Positions 53,101 to 64,000 of a stretch of 64,000 nt of DNA are shown here, one piece after another. The notes beneath the pieces were generated by a model. That model was not told where the DNA came from and did no database searches. It saw nothing but the letters and a program-made list of their open reading frames with translations. The translations under genes and the position numbers were made by a program. Within the stretch, counting starts at the first letter, position 1, and the number at the start of each line of letters is the position of its first letter. Source of the DNA: Podarcis vaucheri (taxonomy: Eukaryota); the NCBI GenBank assembly GCA_965113315.1, contig OZ220365.1. The stretch is one strand, 5' to 3'.

Positions 53101-56100
53101 TGGCTGATCCTTCTGAGTCTAGTCTGACACTCTGCTGCTGCACTCTACGAGACACATTGTGCGCTGGGATGATAATGAACACTGATGGCTATGTTCAGGC
53201 ATAACACTGTGATGTGAATGAGCCTGGGGCTTGCACACAATTCCCCTTCTGCCTTGGCATGGCCACAAGGAATTCAGAAGGTTTCACTTCCCTTTTTGCT
53301 TATCCCTGGCATCTTGTTTAATTCAAACTGACAAGTTGCTAGTTTAAAAGAAGCCAGCTCTTTCCTCCTCTTTGCATTGGAGGCAAGAGTACGAGTTTCT
53401 GAGGCTTACGTATGCTCATTCACAACACTCTAAACCAAGGCTTATTTTAACATCCAAATGCATCCACTGTGACTTCCTCAATGAATCGCATTTGCATTCG
53501 TTTCTTCAAATGTAAGTTGAGCAGTCGCTTATACCAGGTTTGGAACAGCAAGATCAAGGGTAGTGTCATTTCTGTAATCCTTAAACAAATGGTGTTTCAC
53601 TTGGAGATGCTTTGTTTCTCTAAAACTAATAAAAAGCAGTTCTCCAGATGAGACTTGCTTTTCTTTCTAAGAAGCAAAATAACTTTAAGGTAAGAATATG
53701 TCAATTTTTAACATGTAGCTCCTCAAGAAAGATCTTAGGAAATAATTCACTACAATAGGCCTTTCTCTTTTAAGCCTCATTTTGGGGTGTAACATATGAA
53801 GAAAGGGGGGAAGTACTCATGTCATTAAAGAGATATGCTCACCTAATTGCACTGTTTCCACAGTTTCAAATATTCCTCATTTATTTTTCATTGTTAAATC
53901 TAGCTACTGATTTGTCTCTCGCTGTCTTAAATGCTACAAAAAATAAGTAAACAGAGTAACAGAAAATACTTAAACAATTGTTTATATTTAAAAATCAGTT
54001 TTGAAGTTATCTAAGATGACTGCAGTGTGTCAAAATTTACCTGGGGGAAAGCTGCTGGTCTTGTATTCACAAGGAAGTGTGTGTTTCTCAGGCATGTTTT
54101 TTTTATCACACAAGATGTGGCACATGTATTTATGGGGCTATTTTCTGTCCTACACCTAGATGCGCTCCAATTCACCTTGGTGGTTGGATGTGATCCAGTC
54201 AGCAATACAATATGCTATTGATGAGGAGCTTGTTCAACGGGTGCAAAATGATCTTACTAGCAACTACAAACAACAAACTAATAAACTCTCTATGGCAGAC
54301 AAGTAAGTCAGCAGCTACAAAGCAATGTTTCTTATCATAGTTCTCAAGTTTTACTCAGTTTGTGACAGCTCATACACCATGCCCCAGGCACTGCTTGCTT
54401 GCAAACATCTGGGCTATCATTTAACATTTGAAAATGCTTCAAATGATGTATCCAAATACAGCATTGGTTTTCAAAAATGTAAGTCTTCTGTTCCCTTTTA
54501 TGTTGATTTAAATCTTAGTTGTGCATTAGGTGTGTTTTTATGTTTGAGATAATAGTCTATGGATTCATTCATCTCTTTAGCAATTATTTTTGCTCTGGAG
54601 AGTAACTTTTTTTTAAAAAAAATTTACATCATTTCACTCTTAAAGCACCATTTTCTAGGAATAAGTAGAATTGTATGTATATTTTAAAATATCAGCTTGG
54701 TCACTGGCAATTATTCTTCCACTTTGGGAGTGTCAGATTGCTTAAAAGTATATATTGGTGTATGCTCTGCATTGACTTGCCCTTTCAGAAAACTGCATTT
54801 GTCTTGTATAGGCACATTACCTCACTTATAGGCTACTCACAGAGAAGCTCTGTATTCTGCCAAAAGTCAAAAGCAGAAACGGTTTGCAAGCTGTTAGTCA
54901 CATAGCCAGTTCTGTTTGTTCCCCTGATAAAAATTTGAAGTAAGATATGCATCCTCATGCCATTCAGCCAGAAGAAATTACATATAGTATATGGGCCGTG
55001 AGTCAATCCAGTGATTTCAAAATAAAGTTTTGACTTTTCCTGTTTTTGCTAGATTCCGTGACTGCAGAGGCCTTCAGTACCTGCTCACAACTCAAATGGA
55101 AGAAGTGAAGAAATTCCAGAAACGTGTGAGAGAGGCTGTGAAAAAACTGGAGGGCCCTCCTTCCAAAGAGGTTATCGAGGCTGCCACTATCTGCCATCTG
55201 CGTCCTGTGAGGTTGCCCCTAAACAAGTAGGTGTGAAAACACCTAGACCTCTGTCACTGCGATTCCAATTAGCATTTCTTCTAATAATGAGACACATATC
55301 CCACAACTGAAGTGAAGCAATCAAGTGTGTGCATGGATCCTGTTGAGTTTTTAAAAACCTAAATATATTTTTCTGATTCTCATGTTATATTTCTTATTAG
55401 GCATCTCAGTGTGGTTAGTTTCCAAATCTTTTTATTAATTGAAAGAATACTGATACCAAACTTTGGAAAATTTAATTGTTTATTGATCTCCTAAATCTTT
55501 CTCTTTGTAATATCTTGTATTCCAGCTGTGTCTTCTGTAAGGCCGATGAATTGTTCACAGAATATGAGTCAAAGCTCTTCTCCCATACGTAAGTCATTTT
55601 TCTCCCTTTTTGTGCACTTGTGATGAAAGCAAACTTATTTCATTGATCAGAAAGCAGTTTCTGCTGTGACCTTCTATATCCTTTCTGGATAGAAACAAAG
55701 TTCCTTCTCTTTGAGAGCTGCTCCACCTCTTGGGAGTGTGAAACTCAGGTGAATTATGTTCTCTTTCACTGTGTTTTTGTAAGGAGAATTGGTATAAGTT
55801 TTTAAATAAGGTCACTATATCAAGCACTGTAGTGTTTGTTTGCCTGTTATCTTTGATTTTATTAAGATTCATACGGACTTCAGATATGATGACTACTCTA
55901 ATTCTTCTACATTATTTAAGTGTAAAGGGACAGATGGCAATCTTTGAAGAAATGATAGAAGATGAAGACGGTCTGGTTGATGACCGCTTACCTACCACAA
56001 GCAGAGGTCTCTGGGCAGCAAGTGAAACTGAGCGCTCTTTGAAAGCTATACTGTCTTTTGCCAAAGCTCATCGAATAGATGCCAAGGCAATTGAAGAGGG

Positions 56101-59100
56101 CAGCATCTTCTTGGAACTTTTTGAAGCATGGAAAAAGGAATATAAGGTACAACAGCAAGAAGAAATCATGGTGAAAAGTTCAGAACATAAGGAGCATTTT
56201 GAGTTGGTTGGTTGATAGGCATATAGACAACTCATGCGTAACAGTCATAGTGATTGATTGATTTGTAAACCTCCTTTCCACAAAAACATGCTGCTTACAA
56301 AAATTATAATGACGAGTCATAAAACAGCAATATATAATGGTGGTGCTGTAGTCTAAACCACTGAGCCTCTTGGGCTGGCTGATTAGAAGGTTGGCGGTTC
56401 GAATCTGTGCGACGGGGTGAGCTCCCATTGCTCCGTCCCAGCTTCTCCCAACCTAGCAGTTCCAAAGCATACCATCCAGGGGTCCTTTACCTTTACCTTT
56501 TACCTAACAGATAATCATTTCATACAATGATAATTCATTCAATAAAGAATAAGGATGGTAATAATACATAGCACATACAACCACAACATTTCATATGTGT
56601 GATCAGTATGTATATTCTTATTTCTGTGTTAGGCAATTGTCACAGGCCACCATGACCCCTTGCATTTCATAATCTTTTGATTTCACTGTTCACAGTTGTT
56701 TTCTTTTGGGTGGGCGGAGATGCACATAATGTAAATGGTCTCAGTGCGCAAATACGTAACCAAATGTGTTGGGTAACATATACTCAAAAGGTTCTGCTCT
56801 GAATAATGAAAGGGTATGCCACAACAAAATGGTTAATGTACCACAGAGCTCTTTGTTATAGATGTTCCCAAAGCAGTTTTCTCTAAACTAAAGGGCTTGT
56901 TTTGAAATGCCATTCCCAGCTCTTCATTGCTCATGTCTCAACCCTTAAGTGCAGGATGGAGGCTTTGTCATACAGGCAGTCAAATTACTGGTGCTAATCA
57001 GCCATTTATGACATTAATGTCCTTCTAGTGTTGCAAGTGGGGAACAAATTGTCTCTTCGCATACGGTTGCTTTGAGGACACATATGGAGACGTGTTACCA
57101 GTGACAGAAAAGGCTGTGCATTTGTATCTTCCATCTGTCCAGTACTAGTAAACTTTCAATTGGCTATGTAGTCTTTGCTGTACTGTACCTGGTAACTCTA
57201 CCAAGGCCTCATGTTCTGTGATGCATGGTAGCAGCATTTAAAAACTGAAAATTGATTCCTGTGAAGGCATTTTTAAGTTGATATAGTTCTTTATTCCTCA
57301 AACTATAGCTATTGGCTAAGAGAATGAATTGTAAACTAGGAAGCTGTAGGTTAAGTCTCATTTTAGGCAGAAATTAAGTAGTCTTTAGGCAAGAGGTAGT
57401 GTCACAGCATTGGATCCATAGCTGCAGTTTGAGGATGATAATAATACAAGCTTACTTCCCTAGGTCATTGTAATGATATATACATGATATATGTGCTAAG
57501 AGTACTGTACCTTTAAAATATTGACTTATATTTTCTCTAGTTTTGCCATGTTTCAAGTTATTTTGTGAAAGCAGGCTTTTTATTCTGTCTTTGGACCCTT
57601 TAAAAGCAATAACAACCAGGAATTGTGCATACTGAAGTGTGCTTAGTTTTGCAAAAATAGCTGGTTTTCCCACTCATAGCTAACACAGAATTTCTAGTTT
57701 ACTGTAACTTTCTTCTGTGTACCTGTGTGGGTGGGTATGCATATGTTTTGCACTACAAAGTACAGTAATTTTACAGTGCAAAGCTGTAATTTTCCATTAG
57801 ATTTTTTTCTGTTGGTGTTATTTTGAAATCCTGAGTGCTGGGACACAGAATTATTTGTTAACCACAGCTTACTGTGCTGCTGCTGATTATCTTTTTATCT
57901 TCCCTTCAGCTGCTTCATGAATATTGGATGGTCCTCCGAGATCACGTGTCTGCCATTGATGAGCTTGCCATGGCTACAGAACGGTTTAGAGTGCGTCATC
58001 CGGAAGAGCCCAAACCCAACCACCCTGTTCTTCACATAATTGAGCCGCATGAGGTGACAAGATTGCATTGCATCTGAAAAACAGTAGTGCTGATTAAGCC
58101 ACCATTTGGGACTGCTGCTTGCCACTAAACAGGACTTTAAAACGTCAGTCCTGCTGTTTGTTGAATGTTCTTTTTGTAGCATCTCTTCATTGTTTTGGGA
58201 CTAGATATAACTTGCACACCAGGATTATGTGTTTATTGTATTATATCTAGAGATTGCCTTAATGATCACTGAATGGTTCCATTTCTTTTCTAGGTAGAAC
58301 AAAATCGAGTGAAACTCCTGAACGACAAAGCAGTTGCCAAATCACAGCTTCAGAAGAAACTGGGCCAGCTCCTCTACCTCACTAATTTGGAAAAGGTAAG
58401 GTTGACTTGCACCATTTCCAAATTACATTCATGCGGAACCCTCTATTACCTTGTAGATACGATTTTCTCTTTAATCTTCCCTCCTATTGTTTGAATATCT
58501 AAAAGAAAGAAATGAGGGAACAGGGATTCCTACTTTGCATTGGCATTATCCTCAAAGAGATTCTTAGAGCCGAGACAAGAAAAGCTGTGCTGAGGTTCTG
58601 CAGATTTTACCTCATACCTTCAAGTATGTCCAGTTTGGATTTAAAGGGTACAGGATAGACTCAAAACTATGACTCCTTAAACAGCTGTAGATACCTATTG
58701 CAGATGTTTGTATACCTATGTCAAGAAGCAGGATACCTTCCAGACTGTGCTTCATAGCTCTAAATAATACAGTGGACCCTCCGGACACGAACTTAATTCA
58801 TTCCGGGTGTCTGTTCGCACCCCAAAAATTACTTAAGTAGATGCAGCATTTCTGTGCACACGCGCGGCGCAGTTGAGCGCTTCTGTGCATGTGTGAGGCA
58901 CGCAGAGTGCTTCTGTGCATGCGCAAGGTGCGTAGAGCGCTTCCGGGTTTGCCGTGTTCACAACCCGAAAGTTACGTTACCCGAAGGTAACATAACCCAA
59001 ACGTCCACTGTATACAAATTGCTAACCTTCACATAATTGGGACTTTCTGCTGATTTGTCACTGCAAACTGCTCTAATTAAACAAAAGGAAAAATCTCATT

Positions 59101-62100
59101 CTTCCTTTAATGCCAGCTTTGTAATTTTTAGATCATAGTTATGAGAACTATGCAAGCCATTTTTTGCACAAAATGAATTCATTCTCTCCCTCTCTTATAT
59201 ACATGAACTTACCATACTACATAGCTAGCTAATTCTCAGGGAAGTTTCAAAACCAGTTTGAAATACTGAAGCAGGCTGTTGCCTAAATGATAAAAAGACA
59301 GAAGTCCCACTGGGCTTGTACAAGCTCTTGGACACACCTGAAATTGTCTGGATTGTATTTTAAAATCATGACTCAGAATTAACCCCCCGCGCCCCCCCCC
59401 CAGTTGCCCCTTGGAAGTTTTAATAGTTTTCCATGAAGTTGTTTGCATTCATCAACCATAGTGCTTTAAACAATTCTTTTTAAACAATATCTCTCATAGA
59501 AATCCTAAAGTGGATCACTGAATCTCAGACAGCATTTTCTCTTTTAGTTTTATAACTCCTGAAAAATACTGGCTTGAATCCAAATATGCCCTTCTGGTTA
59601 CAGAAGGGCTGTTGACCGAGAGAGAGAGAGAGAGCGCGCATAGCATGAGAAAGTAACCCCAATTCAGAAAATATTTTTCTTTTTCCACAAGTTTATTAAT
59701 GGAGTTTGTATGCTACAGCTTGTATTGTGTGGTTCTCATACTGTAATAATGTAATCCCAAGTACATTATGGTACTGCACTGTAAGATGTCTTCCACAAAC
59801 TTGCACAAGAACACTTGGATAGCACTAACACACACATGAGTCTTTGAATCCAAGCTATTGCTTTTATTTTTCCAGGTATTGATTTATTTTTAACATACTT
59901 ACAAACAGGTCCTATATAATGAATTGCCAAGCTTAGCACACTTTAAAATTGTTCCGGCTTCAAATCATTTGTAAGATTACTTTAAGTATTAATTTACTTT
60001 TACTCCCTCACCCAAAATGTTTTTCTTTAATACTTCCATAGTCTCAGGATAAAACAACTGGAGGAGTGAATCCAGAGCCATGTCCAATTTGTGCACGGCA
60101 ACTGGGAAAACAGGTAAGACATTCACCTATGGATTTTTCTGTAGAGGATCTTAAGATTTCATATTTTTAAAGTTAGTGCCAACCAAACTTCCCTGGGGAG
60201 AGCATTCCACAGAGAACCACCACAGAAAAGGCCCGTTCACTAACTCCTTGTTTTTTACCTTTCTTTTGACTTTATAATCAGAAGCTCCTTGTGTGTAAAT
60301 AGCTAGATAGATAGATAGATAGATTATAGATATAGATACAGTGGTACTTGAATGTCAAACTTAATCCATTCCAGGAGTCTGTTTGACTCCCAGAATGGTT
60401 CAGAAACTAAGGCGTGGCTTCCGATTGGCTGCAGGAGCTTCCTGCACTCAATCAAAAGCCCCGGAAGCTGCGTTGGATGTTTGGCTTCCAAAAAACGTTT
60501 GCAAACCGGAACACTCACTTCCGGGTTTGTGGCATTCGGGAGCTGATTTGTTCGGTAGCCAAGCCGTTTGACAACCAAAGTACAACTGTATATAGATTTA
60601 TAGAGATAGATAGAGAGATATGAGAGATTTTTCTGATTATTCCAGAGATCAGTGTACAGTATGGGGTAGCAACATCACTAATGGCTTCTTCCCTGATTCA
60701 TACCTTTAGTATCCTTAAGTAATGTGTACATATTAATTGCAACCAGCATTGTAGATGGATTTCTTCATGGAACTTAAATTCGAATGTTTAAAAATTACAA
60801 ATTTCTACTTAGTTCTAATGTATTGTCATGTTTGCATGTGAACTCCAACATCTCATATGTCTTTGCACTTACTTGCTGTTATTTCTCCCTCTAGTGGGCA
60901 GTGTTGACATGTGGACATTGCTTCTGCAATGAGTGTATAGCTATTATTATAGAACAGTACAGTGTTGGCACCCGCAGAAGTTCAATCAAGTGTGCCATCT
61001 GCAGACAAACAACATCACATAAAGAAATCTCCTATGTCTTCACTGCAGAGGCAGCAAACCAAGAAGATGATATACCTGTGAAGGTAAACTGTCATACAGA
61101 TGGGAACTTTTTATATTGATACAAGTTTCGAATCATCCTGTAAGAGTATTTACATTTTTCTTACTTGGAAGAAAGTTTAGATGGCATGCTGACTGGCAAC
61201 AAACCTAGATTTTTAGGAGGGAAACCAAATGACTGATTTTTAATGTTTTAGTATGTTTATGTTTGAACTGAGTTTTCTGTAAACCACCCAAGGACTTCAA
61301 ACATTCAACAAATGTTCTGAATAAATAAATGGCAGCAGTCCGTTTTTTTTAAAAAAAACCATTTTAATCACTGAGATTTTATTTATGGGCAGTTGAAACT
61401 TGCTGGTAGTTGAATTTGATTTTGTGAAGTTTATAGTTCTTTAGATAGCAGAACATACTGATTAATCTGTTGATATTCATAGTGCCAAGCCCCAAATACC
61501 CTCCAACCATCAACCAGCCATTGGGCTGATTGGATTTCAATATACACACCCAGTGCCTACACCAAAACCTTCTTACATCTGTAGTCATTAAAAGTTGTGG
61601 TCTCATTTAATCCCAGTACTGCTGTCCTGTGTCTTATTTTGTGTTACTTTACGTGTGCCCACTCCACTCACACCTTGTGCTCCACTGCACCTCAGTCCGC
61701 AACTAATTACTTTTAATTTTTTAAAAAAATCACATGGAGGAACTTCTATTTGAATAACATTTTTGCGAAATGCTTACAATGTTTATGCATAACTTTTAAA
61801 AATAGGATAGATTTCTTTATGGAAATCATTTATGGCAAATTTCACTGTATATATTTATGTAAACAAACATATCAACACACAGTGTTACTGAATGACTTTA
61901 ATCAGATGTGAACTATATAAAGGAAAGATAATCTTCAATTTCTTCTTTTTCAAAGGGAAGTCATTCCACCAAAGTGGAAGCTGTGGTCAGAACTCTAAAG
62001 AAAATCCAGTTCAAAGATCCAGGAGCCAAATCCCTAGTTTTCTCAACGGTATATCTAAAAGTTTTAATAATTAAAACGTACATTATTCAAAAGGTGGTAT

Positions 62101-63790
62101 ATAGCTAGATTGTTTATTTCATACATTTTGTTTACTGCTCGATTGTAAATGCACACACACACCTCAGAGCTGTTTGGATTGGGTGATGGTATAGCTAATG
62201 AAGATAATTTTAAGTTAAGATGAAATTAGGATACATGGGAAAGTGTGTCTTCTAGTTTTCTTCCCACCTATTTTAGATGCTGGGTGCTCTGATAAGTACC
62301 ATCTTGTTTGTAATATGGAAATATCTTCTTTTTTATTTTATAGTGGCAAGATGTGCTCGATATCATTGCAAAAGCACTATATGATAATAGCATGGAGTTT
62401 GCTCAAATCAATGGAATTAACAAATTTCAGGTATGTTTCTTCAACTGCTCACTGATTGTAATCTAATCCTTTGCTTTGTCTTGAGCGTATCATTATGAGG
62501 ATTTCAGAGGACAGACGTCTGCCGGAATATATTGAGACAGGATTCACCTAACAAGTCCCATTAGCAGAAGCCCTGCTCAAGGGTTTCTGCTTGCACAACG
62601 GAGCTTCCTCCTATGCCCCCAAAATTGGGGTGGGGGTGGGCAGGCAAATTCCCAGGACTAGAAGGTAGGGAGAACAGGGAAGATTGTTCCATCTGGCAAG
62701 CTGAAATGCTTGTGCTGAAGGAATAATCAGAAGACTGACATTGTATTTGAACTGATAGCACCTAGCAGCACTTGCTTGGCGCAAAAATAAAAAGAATTAA
62801 ACTGTTAGAGAGCTAGGCTAATTTCAGAGCTACTAGAAAGAGAATGCCCACTCCCTGTTAATTGCAGCTAAGCAAGTCAAAATAACTCAGGAATGTGCAT
62901 GTAAACACCCTCCCCCCAAATTGTGTCTGGACCAAGCTCCATCTGAAAAGCCCCCTCATGCCCACCTAGCACATTTAATCTCTGAGGTCATCAGAAAGAA
63001 AGGAGGCAGCAGCCAGGCAACCCTCTATCATGCCTGAATACATCTGCAGCTGTACTTCATGCCCAGGCACCCTTCCCGCATACCTGTGCTCAGGTGTAGT
63101 GCACACCTGCTCTCTCTGTCTCAACACTCTCACATCACATCTAGCCTAAGACTGTTTATTGTGTTTTAATTATTTACAGTGATTTTAATTAGTCATGTGT
63201 CTGCTTAGGGAGCCAATTTTGGTTTATAACGTGGGATTAAAATTTAATCACCCATTGTTCATGTTCATCGCTGCTGTGAAGTTAACAGTGGCTAAGGGTT
63301 CCATTTCATGCAAGCTTTGAAACCCCTTCTGACTAGCTTCAGGTCCTTTGCTGCAGTGCTGATGAGCTGCTTAACCGCAGGGAAGTGAGGAGGGAAAATT
63401 ATTCTTCCAGAGCTGCAAGGGAAGGAATAGTTATAGTCATTGTTAACAGAAGAGAGTTATTGGTGTGCACCATTACCTCTCAGGTCCACTCTGTAAAGAA
63501 TTTAGGATTCAAGTGTCACTGGTCTGTCACACTTTATAGCAACTGAATTTGTTCTTAAATATACAGGGAGCTGGTGAAGTTTTGAATATTACTCTTTATT
63601 TTGCCTTTCAGGAAAATCTGTCTGCATTTAAGTATGATCCCAAGATCAACATATTGTTATTGCCTCTCCATACTGGCTCAAATGGATTGAATATTATTGA
63701 GGCAACACATGTCCTCCTAGTAGAACCTATCTTGAATCCAGCACATGAGCTACAGGCCATTGGCAGAGTGCATCGCATTGGGCAAACTAA
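29546..63790 (+). CDS. SHPRH: SHPRH E3 ubiquitin ligase / SNF2 helicase; span of 27 coding exons, 3'-incomplete
   Basis: Spliced frame continuous over 4898 nt: [10 protein letters not shown] start, Walker [15 protein letters not shown]15 linker-histone domain, PHD finger, Walker B DEAQ, RING, helicase [14 protein letters not shown]. Confidence 0.97.
30790..30985 (+). mobile_element. SINE (MIR/L2-tailed type), degraded
   Basis: GACCTTGGCCCAGTC...CTCTCAGCCTAGCCTATCTCACAG...GAGGAAAGGTGGGGATATAAA followed by (AAGC)n tail. Confidence 0.55.
31348..31477 (+). CDS. SHPRH: SHPRH coding exon 2
   Basis: CAG|VGMYLLEVG...FYHFIIP; donor G|GTAATC. Confidence 0.92.
33037..33255 (+). CDS. SHPRH: SHPRH coding exon 3 (GC donor)
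   Basis: ILEEDEE...[16 protein letters not shown]; phase-compatible donor is G|GCAAGT. Confidence 0.88.
33920..34110 (+). mobile_element. MIR/CORE SINE remnant
   Basis: CORE-like CAAGTT...ATCTGTAAAACTGGG...ATAAT...GTAAGGATT...ATGTAAAACACT. Confidence 0.55.
34388..34466 (+). CDS. SHPRH: SHPRH coding exon 4 (alternative start 34385)
   Basis: [11 protein letters not shown]...YYNPFTG; CAGTAG acceptor; donor TG|GTAAGG. Confidence 0.92.
34693..34770 (-). mobile_element. CR1 3'-end fragment
   Basis: CATAGAATT...GGGACCCTGAGGGTCATGTAGACCAACCC is the reverse complement of the CR1 3' UTR/tail. Confidence 0.65.
35126..35276 (+). CDS. SHPRH: SHPRH coding exon 5 (Walker A)
   Basis: [15 protein letters not shown]; AG/GT boundaries. 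Confidence 0.95.
36623..36728 (+). CDS. SHPRH: SHPRH coding exon 6
   Basis: [10 protein letters not shown]...KEKVHYP; donor A|GTAAGT; phase consistent. Confidence 0.85.
37781..38037 (+). CDS. SHPRH: SHPRH coding exon 7 (H15 linker-histone domain)
   Basis: [18 protein letters not shown]...[13 protein letters not shown]. Confidence 0.93.
39050..39730 (+). CDS. SHPRH: SHPRH coding exon 8 (PHD finger)
   Basis: CICG...CLNC...QHAEC...CPHC, then [14 protein letters not shown]. Confidence 0.94.
40332..40583 (+). CDS. SHPRH: SHPRH coding exon 9 (Walker B)
   Basis: VYQGVKKHG...[13 protein letters not shown]. Confidence 0.95.
41123..41174. repeat. (TC)n(TG)n microsatellite
   Basis: Directly visible. 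Confidence 0.95.
41962..42040 (+). CDS. SHPRH: SHPRH coding exon 10
   Basis: [26 protein letters not shown] (helicase motif III). Confidence 0.94.
42380..42610 (-). mobile_element. L2 LINE fragment
   Basis: Minus-strand [14 protein letters not shown] peptide. Confidence 0.55.
43159..43296. mobile_element. Palindromic hAT MITE (138 bp)
   Basis: Long TIRs CAGTGTTGGCCAAACTTGGGTCTCCAGCTGTTTT and reverse complement; perfect 8-bp TSD GATTATGA (43151-43158, 43297-43304). Confidence 0.93.
43782..43945 (+). CDS. SHPRH: SHPRH coding exon 11
   Basis: [10 protein letters not shown]...[11 protein letters not shown]. Confidence 0.94.
44036..44292 (+). CDS. SHPRH: SHPRH coding exon 12
   Basis: IQIPAQTED...[12 protein letters not shown]...LPLQK. 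Confidence 0.94.
46783..46904 (+). CDS. SHPRH: SHPRH coding exon 13
   Basis: [15 protein letters not shown]...[11 protein letters not shown]. Confidence 0.94.
48125..48213 (+). CDS. SHPRH: SHPRH coding exon 14
   Basis: [29 protein letters not shown]. Confidence 0.94.
49136..49466. mobile_element. Tc1/mariner-superfamily (Tc2/pogo-like) MITE
   Basis: TIRs CCGTATATAC..GAGTATAAGCTG / CAGCTTATA...GTATATACGG flanked by TA TSD. Confidence 0.85.
49594..49686 (+). CDS. SHPRH: SHPRH coding exon 15
   Basis: [12 protein letters not shown]...[11 protein letters not shown]. Confidence 0.93.
50943..50976 (+). ncRNA. Minimal type-I hammerhead ribozyme motif (Penelope-associated), stem I weakened
   Basis: CTGAAGA core, bulged A, stem II GTGTGC-AT-GCACAC, GAAA, palindromic AGCT stem III, cleavage triplet CUC (after 50972). 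Confidence 0.75.
50943..51070 (+). mobile_element. Penelope-like element terminal-repeat fragment
   Basis: Hammerhead followed by TTAGTTGGTCTTTAAGGTGCTAC...CCAACACGGCTACC, recognised from reptile Penelope-like element ends; not database-confirmed. Confidence 0.7.
51072..51095 (+). repeat. Short interstitial telomeric repeat (TTAGGG)3 TTTGGG
   Basis: Directly visible. Confidence 0.9.
51096..51175 (+). mobile_element. CR1 3'-end fragment with (ATTCTATG)n tail
   Basis: GGGGTTGGACTCGATGGCCC...TTCCAACTCTATGATTCTATGATTCTATGATTC. Confidence 0.88.
52004..52072 (-). mobile_element. CR1 3'-end fragment
   Basis: CATAGAATCATAGAGTTGGAAGG...TCATCTAGTCCAACCCC. Confidence 0.8.
52336..52443 (+). CDS. SHPRH: SHPRH coding exon 16
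   Basis: [11 protein letters not shown]...TIHELQKK. Confidence 0.92.
54160..54302 (+). CDS. SHPRH: SHPRH coding exon 17
   Basis: [12 protein letters not shown]...KLSMAD. Confidence 0.93.
55053..55226 (+). CDS. SHPRH: SHPRH coding exon 18
   Basis: [11 protein letters not shown]...[11 protein letters not shown]. Confidence 0.94.
55526..55588 (+). CDS. SHPRH: SHPRH coding exon 19
   Basis: [20 protein letters not shown]. Confidence 0.93.
55921..56146 (+). CDS. SHPRH: SHPRH coding exon 20
   Basis: [14 protein letters not shown]...FEAWKKEYK. Confidence 0.94.
56339..56505 (+). mobile_element. Sauria SINE, internally deleted
   Basis: 5' tRNA-like head joined directly to the CAGGGGTCCTTTACCTTTACC tail. 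Confidence 0.8.
57910..58053 (+). CDS. SHPRH: SHPRH coding exon 21
   Basis: [11 protein letters not shown]...LHIIEPHE. Confidence 0.94.
58294..58395 (+). CDS. SHPRH: SHPRH coding exon 22
   Basis: [11 protein letters not shown]...LLYLTNLEK. Confidence 0.94.
58770..59010. mobile_element. Tigger-like MITE
   Basis: CAGTGGAC...GTCCACTG termini with TA TSD; internal ~31-bp tandem repeats. Confidence 0.85.
60042..60113 (+). CDS. SHPRH: SHPRH coding exon 23 (RING start)
   Basis: [24 protein letters not shown]. Confidence 0.94.
60339..60588. mobile_element. Tigger-like MITE within a (GATA)n microsatellite
   Basis: CAGTGGTACTT...AAGTACAACTG termini, TA TSD, GATA repeats on both sides. Confidence 0.8.
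60895..61083 (+). CDS. SHPRH: SHPRH coding exon 24 (RING)
   Basis: [14 protein letters not shown]...KCAICRQ...DIPVK. Confidence 0.95.
61956..62048 (+). CDS. SHPRH: SHPRH coding exon 25
   Basis: [11 protein letters not shown]...KSLVFST. Confidence 0.94.
62344..62430 (+). CDS. SHPRH: SHPRH coding exon 26
   Basis: [29 protein letters not shown]. Confidence 0.93.
63612..63790 (+). CDS. SHPRH: SHPRH coding exon 27 (helicase C motifs V-VI)
   Basis: ENLSAFK...[13 protein letters not shown]...[12 protein letters not shown]; donor AA|GTAAGG. Confidence 0.95.
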
Positions 63791-64000
63791 GTAAGGATCA
63801 AAACTGTTTTGGGCTCACCTAACTGCCACTGAATGCAGTGTATGTATAACCACTCTGAGGTTTTCTACAGTTAAGTGGTATATAAATTCTATGAAATAAA
63901 TTAACTAAATAAATGCAGCATTAGGATTTCACATAGCTTACAGCAATAAATTGAGAGTAAGTGGCAGGTCAGTAGAAACAGGAAGTACCAGCAGAACCAA

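Noticed and set aside
62049-62058. Possible U12 donor GTATATCT
   Set aside because: Does not match GTATCCTT, and no U12 branch point (TCCTTAAC) precedes the 62344 acceptor.
63359-63385. Hammerhead-like CTGATGA-GCTGC-TTAACC-GCAG-GGAAG
   Set aside because: Lacks the required CGAAA (reads GGAAG), and no stem I/III or cleavage triplet can be formed; likely chance.

Overview
Vertebrate nuclear DNA from a squamate reptile. Sauria SINEs, RTE-BovB and CR1 point to a lizard, probably a lacertid (inference). Two protein-coding genes lie head to head. On the minus strand is the 5' end of GRM1 (metabotropic glutamate receptor 1): its first coding exon is 9366->8667, a large intron runs off the left edge, and an RE1/NRSE silencer lies upstream. 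On the plus strand is SHPRH (SNF2 helicase/H15/PHD/RING E3 ligase), with a CpG-island promoter near 25.7-26.2 kb and 27 coding exons traced by hand from 29546 to 63790 (about 1632 codons, frame continuous; the 3' end lies beyond the window). Introns and the intergenic region hold many transposons, several with target-site duplications (TSDs): BovB, CR1, L2, SINEs, two solo LTRs, and hAT and Tc1/mariner MITEs. The most unusual structure is at 50.6-51.2 kb in a SHPRH intron. A young Sauria SINE is split by a TSD-less three-part insert made of a Penelope-type minimal hammerhead ribozyme segment, then (TTAGGG)3 telomeric repeats, then a CR1 3' tail. Other points: a GC-AG intron ending in a NAGNAG acceptor in SHPRH, stop-start coupled uORFs and upstream in-frame ATGs in GRM1, and a solo LTR that is open over most of its length. 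Exon numbering and repeat family names come from manual recognition, not database searches.
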